Shown here piece by piece: positions 47,455-56,696 of a DNA stretch of 64,000 bases; the stretch's first letter is position 1, and the number at the start of each line of letters is the position of its first letter. This DNA is from Candidatus Eiseniibacteriota bacterium. Its GTDB lineage: Bacteria > Eisenbacteria > RBG-16-71-46. The notes under the pieces are model-generated. The model was not told the origin of the DNA. It did no database searches and saw only the letters and a list, made by a program, of their open reading frames with translations. Location: the NCBI GenBank assembly GCA_963744995.1, contig CAVUWA010000003.1:130758-194757 (forward strand), given 5' to 3'. The position numbers and the translations under genes are program-made.

Positions 47455-48603
47455 TCAAGCCTCGGCGACCAGCCCTTCGATCACGTCGAGCCCCGCGCTG
47501 AACACGTCCGGCTCGACGATCAGGCTCACCACCAGATGGGCCTCGTCTTCCATGTCGTAGAAGTGGCCCGGGTGCGTGACCACGCCGCGGCGCAGCAGCT
47601 CGAGCGCCCACTCTTCTTCGGTGCGCACGCGCGGCACGCGCAGAATCACGACCCAGCCGCCGGCGGCGGTGAGGCGCGACATGGCCGGCTGGGCGGCGAC
47701 CGCGCGGTCGAGTCGCGCGAGATTGGTGTGGATGCGCTCCCTGACCGCCGCCTGGAACGGATGCCGGTTGGCGAGCAGCTCCGGCAGCGCCTGCTGTACC
47801 GGCCCGTTGACCGACAGGAACAGATCGGCGATCCACTCGAGGCCTTCAAGGAGCTGCCGCTTCTCGGGCTCGGGCCCCGCGACGACCATCCACGAGAGTT
47901 TGAGCTGCGGCAGTCCGCAGACTTTGGAAAGGCCGCTCAGAACGACCGTCGGCACGCGGCGCTCGGTGGCGAGAATCGTGCCCGCGCCCGGCACGCTGTC
48001 CTTCCACGGGTAGTCGCTGAAGACCTCGTCCACGATCAGCACCGCGCCGGTGCGTGCGCACCAGTCCTCCACCTGCGCCAGCTCGCCGGGCGCGAGCCAG
48101 GTGCCGGTGGGGTGATTGGGCTGAACGATGATGACGCCGGCTGGATCATGCTTGGGAAGCGATGCCGGGTCGAAGTGCCACGCCCCGTCGTAGGCGAGTC
48201 GCCAGGTGTCGACCTGAACGGCCTCGACCTGTGCGATGGGCTCGAAGAGCGGGTAGCTGGGGCGTGGCGTGGCGAATTGCGCACCGGGTTCGCCGAGGAG
48301 GCGGAACAGGTGGGCGTAGGCCTCACTGGTGCTGGCGGTGAGGAGGAGGTCGTCCGGAACGACCGTTGCCCCTCGATCGCCGTAGTAGCGGGCGATGGCC
48401 GCACGGGACGCGGCGGCCCCGCGAGGATCGGGAATGTGGGACGCCCCCAGTTGCTGTCGCGGAGCGCCATCCAGACCGTCACGGAGGTGCGAAGCGTCCG
48501 CGTCGGTGAGGTCGAGGAGAGAAGCACCGGAGCGACGGCGCGCAGCCAGCGACGCCGCCCATGGATTCGAGTGGCCCTGCGAGGGCAGTCTCGGCGGCTT
48601 CAT
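47455..48603 (-). CDS. PLP-dependent aminotransferase class I/II
   Basis: LTASTSEAY, PSYPLF, PNHPTG, VDEVF, SGLSKVCGLPQLKLSW. Confidence 0.88.
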   Translation of the reverse strand: MKPPRLPSQGHSNPWAASLAARRRSGASLLDLTDADASHLRDGLDGAPRQQLGASHIPDPRGAAASRAAIARYYGDRGATVVPDDLLLTASTSEAYAHLFRLLGEPGAQFATPRPSYPLFEPIAQVEAVQVDTWRLAYDGAWHFDPASLPKHDPAGVIIVQPNHPTGTWLAPGELAQVEDWCARTGAVLIVDEVFSDYPWKDSVPGAGTILATERRVPTVVLSGLSKVCGLPQLKLSWMVVAGPEPEKRQLLEGLEWIADLFLSVNGPVQQALPELLANRHPFQAAVRERIHTNLARLDRAVAAQPAMSRLTAAGGWVVILRVPRVRTEEEWALELLRRGVVTHPGHFYDMEDEAHLVVSLIVEPDVFSAGLDVIEGLVAEA

Positions 48604-48629
48604 CAGGCCGGATGGGCGGAACGGGTGGG

Positions 48630-50291
48630 CTAGCTCAGCCCGAAGCGCCGCATCTTGTTGATAAACGTGGTGCGGGGGATGCCAAGCGAGCGAGCCGCCT
48701 CGGTTCGGGAGCCGCGCGCCTGCATGAGCGCATCGCGAATCCGCTGGCGTTCCGCGTGCTCCATCTCCTCGAGCAGATTCGAGGGTGCCTGCGAGCCTTC
48801 GTCGAGGTGCAACAGAGACTCGTCGACCTCCTTGCCGGGCGTCGCCAGCAACACGGCACGCTTGATCGCGGACTTGAGCTGCCGGATGTTCCCCGGCCAG
48901 GAATGCGCACGCAGACGCTTCCAGGCCGCCGGGCTCAGGCGGACTTCGCGATTTTCCTCCGCGCAAACGACATCGAGGAAGTACTCGATCAGCAGTTCGA
49001 CATCTTCCCCGCGGCGCCGCAGGGGCGGCAGGGTGACGACCGCGTGGGCCAGTCGGTAGTAGAGATCGGGCCGGAATCCGTCACCGCTCTCCAGGGCGTG
49101 TCGTTCGCGATTGGTCGCCGCGACGATACGTGTGTCGACCTTGACGTTGCGCGTCGACCCGACCCTTCTCGATTCACCCGTCTCCAGGAAGCGCAGGAGA
49201 CGAGACTGGGACTCGAGCGACATTTCGGCGATCTCGTCCAGGAAGATCGTCCCGTTGTCGCAGACCTCCACGAGCCCCGCCTTGTCGCGAGCCGCACCCG
49301 TGAAAGAGCCCGCCGTGTGACCGAAAAGCTCGCTCTCGATGATGTCGCGCGGCAACGCCCCGCAGTTGACCGGGACGAATGTGCCTTTGCGCTCCGAAAG
49401 CCGGTGGATGCCGGCTGCAACCAGCTCCTTCCCCGTTCCCGATTCGCCGAGCACGAGGATGGGGGTGTTGCTCGCTGCGAGCTTGGCGACGTCCTCCAGA
49501 AGCTGGAGCATCGTCTTGCTGCGCGTGATGAGGCCGAACGACTCGCGCGCCCAGTCCGAGCGGCGATCCAACTCCGCGGAGCCCGGCGGGCGCCGGCGCG
49601 CGTGACGCGGGCGTCCCGCATTTCGAGCCGTCTTCAGCGCCTGATCGGATTCCTTCATCGCCGACATCAGGTCGGCGATGCGTCGATTGGCCTCGGCGAG
49701 ACGCGCCTGCGCTCCCATCCGCTCGAAGTGATCGCGCGCCGCGTGGAACGCTTCCAGTGCGCCGCGACGGTCAGCGTAGTTGCCCGCGTGCGGCCCGCTC
49801 AGCCAGTCGCCGTAGGCCAGCCACAGCTTGCCCCACTCGTAGGGCGTCTCGATGTCGTCGTAGTACGCGAAGCCCTGATCGAACCACTTGCGGGCTTCGT
49901 CATGGCGTTCGAGCGCTGCCGCCGACAATGCGAGCACGCGATAGGTGGCCGCTTCTTCGTAGCGGTCCCCCAGTTCGCGACAGTGCTCCAGCCCACCGAG
50001 GGCTTCTTCGTGGGCTTTCGCGAATGCCCCCTGCAGGTAGAAGACTTCCGCTCTGCGTCGCCGCAATTCGGCGACGATGTCTCCCTTGGGAACCAGCGCC
50101 AGAGCCTTGGGCCACACCTCGTCGTAGTAGCGAAGCGCCTGATCCGCCTGTCCCTGCTCGAGGTGGACATCGCCGAGGAATTCGGTAGTAAGGAGGGAGG
50201 GGCGGGACTCGTGCGATCTGGGACTCCAGCCAAGGAACTTCCGTAATATGTGCTCTCGCCCCTTCGAAAAGGTCCCCCGTATGGAGTAGGA
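48630..50291 (-). CDS. Sigma54 enhancer-binding protein (TPR + AAA+ + Fis HTH), intact 3' portion
   Basis: Frame open from 50291. TPR helices (EFLGDVHLEQG, RYEEAATYRVL), GESGTGKE, GSFTGA, FLDEI, FRPDLYYRL, WPGNIRQL, and HTH (EAARSLGIPRTT). Confidence 0.9.
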   Translation of the reverse strand, partial: SYSIRGTFSKGREHILRKFLGWSPRSHESRPSLLTTEFLGDVHLEQGQADQALRYYDEVWPKALALVPKGDIVAELRRRRAEVFYLQGAFAKAHEEALGGLEHCRELGDRYEEAATYRVLALSAAALERHDEARKWFDQGFAYYDDIETPYEWGKLWLAYGDWLSGPHAGNYADRRGALEAFHAARDHFERMGAQARLAEANRRIADLMSAMKESDQALKTARNAGRPRHARRRPPGSAELDRRSDWARESFGLITRSKTMLQLLEDVAKLAASNTPILVLGESGTGKELVAAGIHRLSERKGTFVPVNCGALPRDIIESELFGHTAGSFTGAARDKAGLVEVCDNGTIFLDEIAEMSLESQSRLLRFLETGESRRVGSTRNVKVDTRIVAATNRERHALESGDGFRPDLYYRLAHAVVTLPPLRRRGEDVELLIEYFLDVVCAEENREVRLSPAAWKRLRAHSWPGNIRQLKSAIKRAVLLATPGKEVDESLLHLDEGSQAPSNLLEEMEHAERQRIRDALMQARGSRTEAARSLGIPRTTFINKMRRFGLS

Positions 50292-51180
50292 TCAATGCCT
50301 TGAAGAGACCGAGGTACCACTCCATGAAGTCCCGTCGCCAGTTCTCGTTGAGTCATCGGATGCACATGCCTCACCAAGCCCAAAGATTGGTCGAGCCGTC
50401 CGCAGCTTCCAGCACGGAGATGCCAACCCTCGCGGGATGCATTGTTTACGTAGATGCGTTACCACGCCTGCTCTAGAAGTCCTATGGCTTCTGCTGCGGC
50501 CTCTATGGCAGCGCCCATCTACACATGGCCCTCTCGATTCGCCCTAGGTGTCTAGAGCAAAGCCTTCACACGTTGCCACCGCATCGCGCTGCAGAGACGA
50601 GAGCCTCGTATAGGTATCCCCGGATGCCGATGTCAGGTTGCCATTGTACAACTCGGCCGAACAGAGATGCAGACTGCAGCCGCAGGAGAGGCATCCGAGT
50701 CGGCGCCACAAGCAACTCTGAACGAATGGCCGAAAGTCGGTCGCATGCGTCTGTCACACAAGATTCAAGAGTGTTAGCGTCCCTGCCTCTTGAATATCTC
50801 AAGGAGAGACGTAGCTCCGGTCGTGGATCTGCAGTTCGGTCTTGAACGATGCGAGGAGTTGTGAAAGAGGGCAAGTGACTTTTCAAGTCGCCTGTGCAGC
50901 TCAGAGGACGTACCTTGCCCAGACTAGCCGAAGCTTGCAAGCTCGTCGGCCGCACTTGCCACTTGCGCGAAGAGCGATCAGCCGTTCAAGGCCCAAAGCT
51001 CGGAACTCGCCAACGTCGAACAAGTCGGTGGAGCAACCTGACAGCCTCCTCCGCGAGGCTCTGTTCTGTATCGCTTGTTGTACCTGCGTCGATCAGAATG
51101 GTCAACGCGTCTGCACGTGCCAAGACTTCGATCATCGATCTCTTAACTGCCTGCGAGAGGCATTAGTGGCGGGCAGCCAT
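50292..51180 (-). pseudogene. Frameshift-fragmented N-terminal TPR-like region of the same regulator (pseudogene or unpolished sequence)
   Basis: TPR-like fragments in alternating frames (MIEVLARADALTILIDAG, LYEALVSAARC, LGRIERAMCRW, AIEAAAEAIGLLEQA, ALILLHTGD) with many stops. GC was 50% and 60% in two hand-counted lines, against about 70% elsewhere. Confidence 0.6.
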
Positions 51181-51403
51181 CGTTTGCACGCGCAAGGGCA
51201 CGGCGAAGGAGAATGAACTCAAGGGACTTTGGATGATGATTAGGAGCGCCGTACGGCCTATCCGGATCTCCAAACAAGTACCTCGGGTCATCTGGAATCT
51301 TGATCCCGCCCGGGGAAGCCGCCCCCTCGAGCGGCGTGATGGTCGTACTCAGGATGACGAGCAGAGCAGCCAGTGCGGCTGCCCTTCGGGGACACTTCTT
51401 CAT
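51143..51403 (-). CDS. Small secreted peptide (86 aa) with GDPDxP core
   Basis: GAAGGGAG RBS. MKKCPRRAAALAALLVILSTTITPLEGA signal peptide, then ...PDDPRYLFGDPDRPYG... and an amphipathic SLEFILLRRALAR segment. Confidence 0.65.
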   Translation of the reverse strand: MKKCPRRAAALAALLVILSTTITPLEGAASPGGIKIPDDPRYLFGDPDRPYGAPNHHPKSLEFILLRRALARANDGCPPLMPLAGS

Positions 51404-51553
51404 CGTCCTGCTCCCTTCGGAGTTCCGTCTCCGAGGCCATCCCGCCGCGAGCAGGCGGGGGGCGCAAAAGACATGACCCCGCCGGGGCACCCATGAGGAG
51501 CCCCCGCGGGGTCGATTGAGATTTCCCGGGCAGGAAGAGGGGAAGCGACCATC

Positions 51554-51569
51554 AGCGCCAACCTTGCCA
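51554..51569 (-). promoter_or_regulatory. Putative sigma54 (-24/-12) promoter of the peptide-regulator locus
   Basis: Minus strand TGGCAAGGTTGGCGCT, which is TGGCA with GG-N10-GC spacing. An 8-bp inverted repeat CCGCAACG/CGTTGCGG lies at 51578-51614. Confidence 0.5.
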
Positions 51570-51680
51570 GAGAGAACCCGCAACGAACGCGGAAAGAATA
51601 AGCTCCCGTTGCGGATGGGTCAACGCCGGAGTCGCGCTGAAACTCCAGAGATTCCGGGTGAAATCAGGGTCTGCGGCCCT

Positions 51681-52796
51681 CTACCGCCTCTCCCCGCGCC
51701 AGGTCCCGTTGCCGTGCCTTCCCCTCCTACCCACGATCTTCAACTCCAGCAGATCCTGCACGCCGATGCCCCGCCCGTACCGCTTCTGCGCCTCCCGGAT
51801 GAACTCCGGCGTCACCCCGTGAATCCGCATGGCCACCAGGTCATCGAGGTCCACGTGGTGGTAGCCGAGGCCTTCTGCCTCGCGAATGAACTCGGGCGTC
51901 ACCCCGTGGATGCGCATCGCCACGGCGTCGTCCAGTGACGGATGATCGTAGCCGAGCCCTTCCACTTCGCGAATGAACTCCGGGCTCGCCCCGTGAATCC
52001 GGCATGCCAGCAGGTCGTCGGCGCTCACGTTGCGATACCCGAGCGCTGCCATCTGCTGCCGCAGCTCCGGTGTCACACCATGTATGCGCATCGCCACCAG
52101 GTCGTCGGCGTCCAGCACCTGGTCGCTTCGGGCGCGCGTCTCGCGCACGAACTGGGGCGTCACCCCGTGAATGCGCATGGCGACGAGTTCATCGGGGTCC
52201 AGGTCCTTCAATCCCAGCGCGCGCATCTCGCGAATCCAAGCCGCGCGCACGCCGTGAATCCGGAACGCCAGCACCTCGTCGGCTTGCAGGTGGTCGTAGC
52301 CCAATCGTGCCAGCTCGCGGATCTCGGCGAGGCTCACGTCGTGCACGAACATGGCGAACTGCATGTCGTCGTCCACTTCGCCGGTCACGTGCTCGCGCAG
52401 CGCATCGCGAAAGCCGGGGTCGGGCTCGAACCGGGCGGTGCCGGTCCCCTGGCCGTCGCCCACGCGCCCTTCGAAGCGCATCGTGCCGGCATCGCGCGTC
52501 TGGCTGAACGTCATGTCCCGGCGCGGGCCTTCGAAGTCGCGCCGCGTAATGCCCCTGAACGCGGACAGGTCCTCGGTGTGCTCGGATCGCCAGTGGCGCG
52601 TGGGGCTCTCCTGCGTGAGCCGCATCTCGACGCGGCCGTCGCGTCGCAACTCGGCGCTCCAGTGCCACGGCCCGCTGGCCCGCGATCGCGCCGGCGCGGC
52701 GCTCGCCAGCAGCGCCAGCACCACGCCGATCATGCCTGCGGCGGCGAATCGTGCCGCCCACCGGGTTCCGCTCGTGCTTCGCTTCGAGTTCGACAT
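51681..52796 (-). CDS. Secreted protein with about 7 tandem 29-aa (DDLVAMRIHGVTPEFIRE) repeats
   Basis: GGAGG RBS and signal peptide. The DNA shows 87-bp periodicity (atgaactc at 51799, 51886, 51973). Confidence 0.85.
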   Translation of the reverse strand: MSNSKRSTSGTRWAARFAAAGMIGVVLALLASAAPARSRASGPWHWSAELRRDGRVEMRLTQESPTRHWRSEHTEDLSAFRGITRRDFEGPRRDMTFSQTRDAGTMRFEGRVGDGQGTGTARFEPDPGFRDALREHVTGEVDDDMQFAMFVHDVSLAEIRELARLGYDHLQADEVLAFRIHGVRAAWIREMRALGLKDLDPDELVAMRIHGVTPQFVRETRARSDQVLDADDLVAMRIHGVTPELRQQMAALGYRNVSADDLLACRIHGASPEFIREVEGLGYDHPSLDDAVAMRIHGVTPEFIREAEGLGYHHVDLDDLVAMRIHGVTPEFIREAQKRYGRGIGVQDLLELKIVGRRGRHGNGTWRGERR

Positions 52797-52896
52797 GCGC
52801 GCTCCTCCCCTTCCCCGGTGGGTCTTCGAACGGTGAAGGGCTCCCCGGTCAGGCCGGGGAGCCCCTCGTGATGGCGACCGATGCGGCGGCCCGCCG

Positions 52897-55800
52897 CTAC
52901 TTCTTGTCCTTCGCCTTCTGCTCGCAGTCGCTGGTCTCCCGCCGCGTGAACTCGATCACCGTGTCCGCCGACGGGTCCTCGCCGTTGCGCTGCGCCCGCT
53001 CGATCTGCGCCGCCGAGATCCCGCTGTGGAACCGACGCACGACCTCTTCGGGTTCGAGATCCGCGCCGCCCGCCTTGACCAGCACGGCCAGCCACGAAGT
53101 GCGCACCCCGCCGCGGTGGAGCATCGCGATGGCCTCCGGAGAACGGTCGGCATAACCGGTCGCCACCACCGCCGACACGTAGGCGCTCGGCACGGCCGCC
53201 CGATGCAGCGCTACGATGTCGTCCACCCCGAACTTCACGCCCTGCAGGCGCGCCATGTTGGCGGCATAGACCACGTTGACAGCGTTCTGATGCAGCGCCA
53301 TCAGCTCGTCCGCGCCGAGCGGCCGGCCAAACGCCGAGGTCATCTGCGCGACCCAGTCCAGCGTCACGCCGGCGCGCGCCAGCTCGACCATCTCGTCCTC
53401 GCTCAGGTCGCGATAGCCCAGCACGTTCAGTGCCGCGACGACGTCGGGCGTCACGCCGCTGTCGTGCAGCTCGATCAGCTGGTCGAGCGAAAGGTCGTGA
53501 CCTCTCAAGCGGCGCATCTGCGCCACATCACCCAGCGAGATCCCGTGAGACCTCAGCTCGACCAGACTCTGTTCGTCGGCCCCGATGCCGAGCCGCTGCA
53601 GCGCGTCGATCTGCTCGGGGGTCACGTTGCGCCGCCGCAGGTCGGCCAGCTCGTCGAGCTCGACCGTGCGCCCCATGCGCTCCGCGATGGCCCGCGCGTA
53701 TGCCGAGCTGACCCCGCTCGTCCGTAGCTCCAGCAGCGTTTCGGCGTCCAGCGGCTCGTCCGTCACGCGGGCCAGCGTGCGGGCTTCGTCGGGGGTGACG
53801 CCGTGGAGCTTCAGCTCGATCAGCTCTTCGGCGTCCGGCGCGTCCTGCACGGCCTCGCGCATCGCGCGCACGTAATCGGGCGTCACGCTCTGCACCTTGA
53901 GCGCGATCAGTTCCTCGGCCTCCGGTTCGTCGCCCAGGGCGTCACGCATCGCGCGCGCGTAATCGGGCGCGACGCCCATGAGCTTCAGCCCGAGCAGGTC
54001 TTCGGCCCCCGGCGTGTCGCCGAGCGCCTCGCTGATCGCGGCGACGTAGTCGGCGCTCACGCCCTGCGCGAACAGGACGTCCAGGTGTTCATCGTCCAGG
54101 TCGTCGACGCCGGCCGCGGCCAGCGCTTCGCGGAACTCGGCGATGCGGCGCGCGTTCGGCGCCGCCGGCGCCATCGTCACGCTGTAGGCGTACGCGGTCG
54201 CATTCGCGGTGCGCGCGACGGCCTCGGCCCGCTTGCGCTGCGCGACGACCCGGGTGAGGTCCTTGCGCATCACCTGCCGCACGGTGCGCTCGACCTGTCG
54301 TTGCGTGTTCTGCACGGACTCGGCCAGGTGCGCCAGCGAAGGCACGGGCGCCACGGTCCAGCGGCCGCCGGGCGTGGCGGCCGGCGCGGGTCGCGGCGCG
54401 GCGGGCGCGCAGGTCTCCTGCGTCGCGCACCCGGGCGCCGGTGGGCAGGGCGCGGCCTCCGGCGCCGCCGCGGCGCCGATGTGCCCGTGCAGCCCGCCGC
54501 CCGGCAGCGGAGCCAGGTGCAGGTGCTCGCGCGGCGGCACGGGCGCGGCGTCGCAGCAGGGCGCCTCGGGCGCGGGCGTGGCCGGCACCGCCGGCGCCGC
54601 CGGTGCAGCGAACGGCGCGGCCGGAGGCGGCATGACCTCGCCGGGGGCCGGCGTGGCCCGCGGCGCGGGCGCCGGCACGGCGTCCGGCGCGGCCGGAGCC
54701 GCCGGCGCGGGCGGCGCGGGCGGCGCGGGCGGCGCGCCGGTGAAGGAGGCCACCACCGAGAAGAATCCGTCTTCGCTTGCGCTCCGGGCGTGCTGGCTGC
54801 GGGCCGCGGGCGCGAGACCCAGCACCACGAACAGGATCGAGCCGAGCAGCAGGAGGCAGGCGCCGCAGCGGGAGACCAGCGACGCGCGCGGCGCGGGATC
54901 CAGCAGGCGGCGGATCCGGTTCAGGAGCGAGCCACCGTTCGCAGCGAGCGCCAGCCGCGGCGCAGCGAGTCGCAGGTGCTCGAGGTCGCAGAGCGCGCGC
55001 GCGTAGGCCACGCGGTCGCCGCACGCCCGCACGGCGAGGTCGTCGCACGCGTTCTCGCGTTCTTCGCGGACGCAATGCGACACCCACCACACGGCCGGGT
55101 GATAGAAGAGGATGGTTTCGACCACGGTCTGCAGCAGGTTGATCAGGTAGTCGTGACGGCGGATGTGGGCCAGCTCATGCGCGACCAGCGCCTCGACCTG
55201 CGCCGGGGTGAGCCCGGCCATCGCCCCCACCGGTACCAGGATCACCGGCCGCAGCCAGCCGATGACGGTCGGCACTTCGACCAGCGCCGAGCGGAACGCC
55301 CGCACCGGCCGTGACACGCGCATGCGCGCCGTCAGGCGCTCGAGCGTCTCGTGCAGGCGGTCACCGGGAATGTCGATCACCGTGCGGCGGATGCGCCGGG
55401 TGATCACCCAGCCGCCCGCGAGCCGCAGCGTGAGCAGCATGACGCCGAGTCCCCACAGCGCGACGAACCACGGCAGCCAGATCGGCGCGTTGCGGTCGAG
55501 CGTGCGCTCGAGGGCAGCGGTACCCATGCGCAGCGCGGTCCGGGCGAGGGTCTGCACCGCCAGCCACAGCGAATGCAGCGCGGCCGGCGGGGGCGCAGGG
55601 CGAGCCTCGAACGCAAACGTATCGGGATCGTTCCCGGCGCGGACGACCTCCCACGAGAGATCCGTTGGGGTCCCGGTGGCGACGTCGGTCGCGGCCATGG
55701 ACTCGATCGCCGGGTCCCCGGCCATCGCGGGCTCGCCGGCATCGCCGCTCCAGGCGAATACCTGCGGAACCTGAACGGCGGCCGACCCCGCCACCAGGGC

Positions 55801-56058
55801 CGCCGGGGCGGACTCGATCGCCGGCGCTTTCGGCGCGAAGTCCGAGGAGAGCCTCACGAACGTCGCGGCGGGCAGCGCGACCATCGCGAGCAGGGCCGCG
55901 GTGGCGAGCAGATAGCGCGGGCCCGACGCGCCGCGGTCGAACGCGCGGCTCGCGATCGCCAGCAGCACTGCGACGAGCGTTCCCTGCCAGAGAAAGTGCA
56001 GCAGCGTCCAGCCCAGTGCCAGCACGACGTGATCCGGAACGACCGTCCAGGGATTCAT
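52897..56058 (-). CDS. BlaR1/MecR1-type M56 metallopeptidase sensor with Pro/Ala linker and about 13 C-terminal 29-aa repeats
   Basis: LGWTLLHFLWQG, P.VIGWLRPVIL, HELAHIRRHD, FYHPAVWW, ERENACDD. The tail repeats (EELIELKLHGVTPD) replace the penicillin-binding domain. Confidence 0.9.
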   Translation of the reverse strand: MNPWTVVPDHVVLALGWTLLHFLWQGTLVAVLLAIASRAFDRGASGPRYLLATAALLAMVALPAATFVRLSSDFAPKAPAIESAPAALVAGSAAVQVPQVFAWSGDAGEPAMAGDPAIESMAATDVATGTPTDLSWEVVRAGNDPDTFAFEARPAPPPAALHSLWLAVQTLARTALRMGTAALERTLDRNAPIWLPWFVALWGLGVMLLTLRLAGGWVITRRIRRTVIDIPGDRLHETLERLTARMRVSRPVRAFRSALVEVPTVIGWLRPVILVPVGAMAGLTPAQVEALVAHELAHIRRHDYLINLLQTVVETILFYHPAVWWVSHCVREERENACDDLAVRACGDRVAYARALCDLEHLRLAAPRLALAANGGSLLNRIRRLLDPAPRASLVSRCGACLLLLGSILFVVLGLAPAARSQHARSASEDGFFSVVASFTGAPPAPPAPPAPAAPAAPDAVPAPAPRATPAPGEVMPPPAAPFAAPAAPAVPATPAPEAPCCDAAPVPPREHLHLAPLPGGGLHGHIGAAAAPEAAPCPPAPGCATQETCAPAAPRPAPAATPGGRWTVAPVPSLAHLAESVQNTQRQVERTVRQVMRKDLTRVVAQRKRAEAVARTANATAYAYSVTMAPAAPNARRIAEFREALAAAGVDDLDDEHLDVLFAQGVSADYVAAISEALGDTPGAEDLLGLKLMGVAPDYARAMRDALGDEPEAEELIALKVQSVTPDYVRAMREAVQDAPDAEELIELKLHGVTPDEARTLARVTDEPLDAETLLELRTSGVSSAYARAIAERMGRTVELDELADLRRRNVTPEQIDALQRLGIGADEQSLVELRSHGISLGDVAQMRRLRGHDLSLDQLIELHDSGVTPDVVAALNVLGYRDLSEDEMVELARAGVTLDWVAQMTSAFGRPLGADELMALHQNAVNVVYAANMARLQGVKFGVDDIVALHRAAVPSAYVSAVVATGYADRSPEAIAMLHRGGVRTSWLAVLVKAGGADLEPEEVVRRFHSGISAAQIERAQRNGEDPSADTVIEFTRRETSDCEQKAKDKK

Positions 56059-56444
56059 CGGCGCCCCTCCTCCATCTCGTCCAGCATCCGCCGGATGATC
56101 GCGATCTCTTCGCTCGAGGCGTGGCCCGACGCCAGCGCCTGCATCACGAGCTGGCTGGCGGAGCCGTCGAACACCCGATCGAGCAGATCGTCGAGCAGCT
56201 GACGCTGGGTCTGCCCCTGCGCGAGCGCCGCCGTGTAGACGTGCGTGCGCCGCGTGACGTCCCGCGTGACGAGTCCCTTGTCCGCCATGATCTGCAGCAG
56301 CTTGAGCACGGTGGTGTAGCCGGTGGGCCTGGACGCCGACAGTTCGTCGTGCACGTCGCGCACCGTCGAGGGCCCGCGCTGCCAGAGCACGCGCAGGATT
56401 TCGAGTTCACCGGGGGTCGGACGGGGCAGCGGCTTTGCGGTCAT
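56055..56444 (-). CDS. BlaI/MecI/CopY-family repressor
   Basis: PTPGELEILRVLW...TVRDV...YTTVLKLLQIMADKGLV...FDGS; overlaps the M56 gene start. Confidence 0.93.
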   Translation of the reverse strand: MTAKPLPRPTPGELEILRVLWQRGPSTVRDVHDELSASRPTGYTTVLKLLQIMADKGLVTRDVTRRTHVYTAALAQGQTQRQLLDDLLDRVFDGSASQLVMQALASGHASSEEIAIIRRMLDEMEEGRR

Positions 56445-56483
56445 GGGAAGAGCCTCCGTGTCGGGACGTGAGCGAAAGGTTCT

Positions 56484-56518
56484 ACGAAGGCATTCGTGCT
56501 GTCAACGAAAGATTTCGT
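56484..56518. promoter_or_regulatory. Tandem palindromic operators (ACGAA-N4-TTCGT x2) flanking a TTGACA -35 box
   Basis: Palindromes at 56484-56497 and 56505-56518, 21 bp apart. Minus-strand TTGACA at 56500-56505. Confidence 0.7.
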
Positions 56519-56696
56519 AATGAAGTTGTAAACGGGCCCCGGCGCACAGGAAACGACGCCGGGCGCGGCGCCGGACGCGGCGCGGGTCGGGAGCGCCGTC
56601 CCGGCCCACGCCCGGCCCGGGCGCCGCCGGCATGTCCACGCCCCGGCCCGGGTGCACATGGCGGGGCCGCGGCCGGATGTGCGACATTGGCCGGTC

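Noticed and set aside
50292-51180. Diversity-generating retroelement target
   Set aside because: No reverse transcriptase or template-repeat copy is visible in the window, and the damage is indel-rich rather than substitution-only. It cannot be excluded genome-wide.
51790-52290. Regularly spaced DNA repeats resembling a CRISPR array
   Set aside because: The 87-bp period is in frame, copies vary at wobble positions and encode protein repeats, and no cas genes are present.
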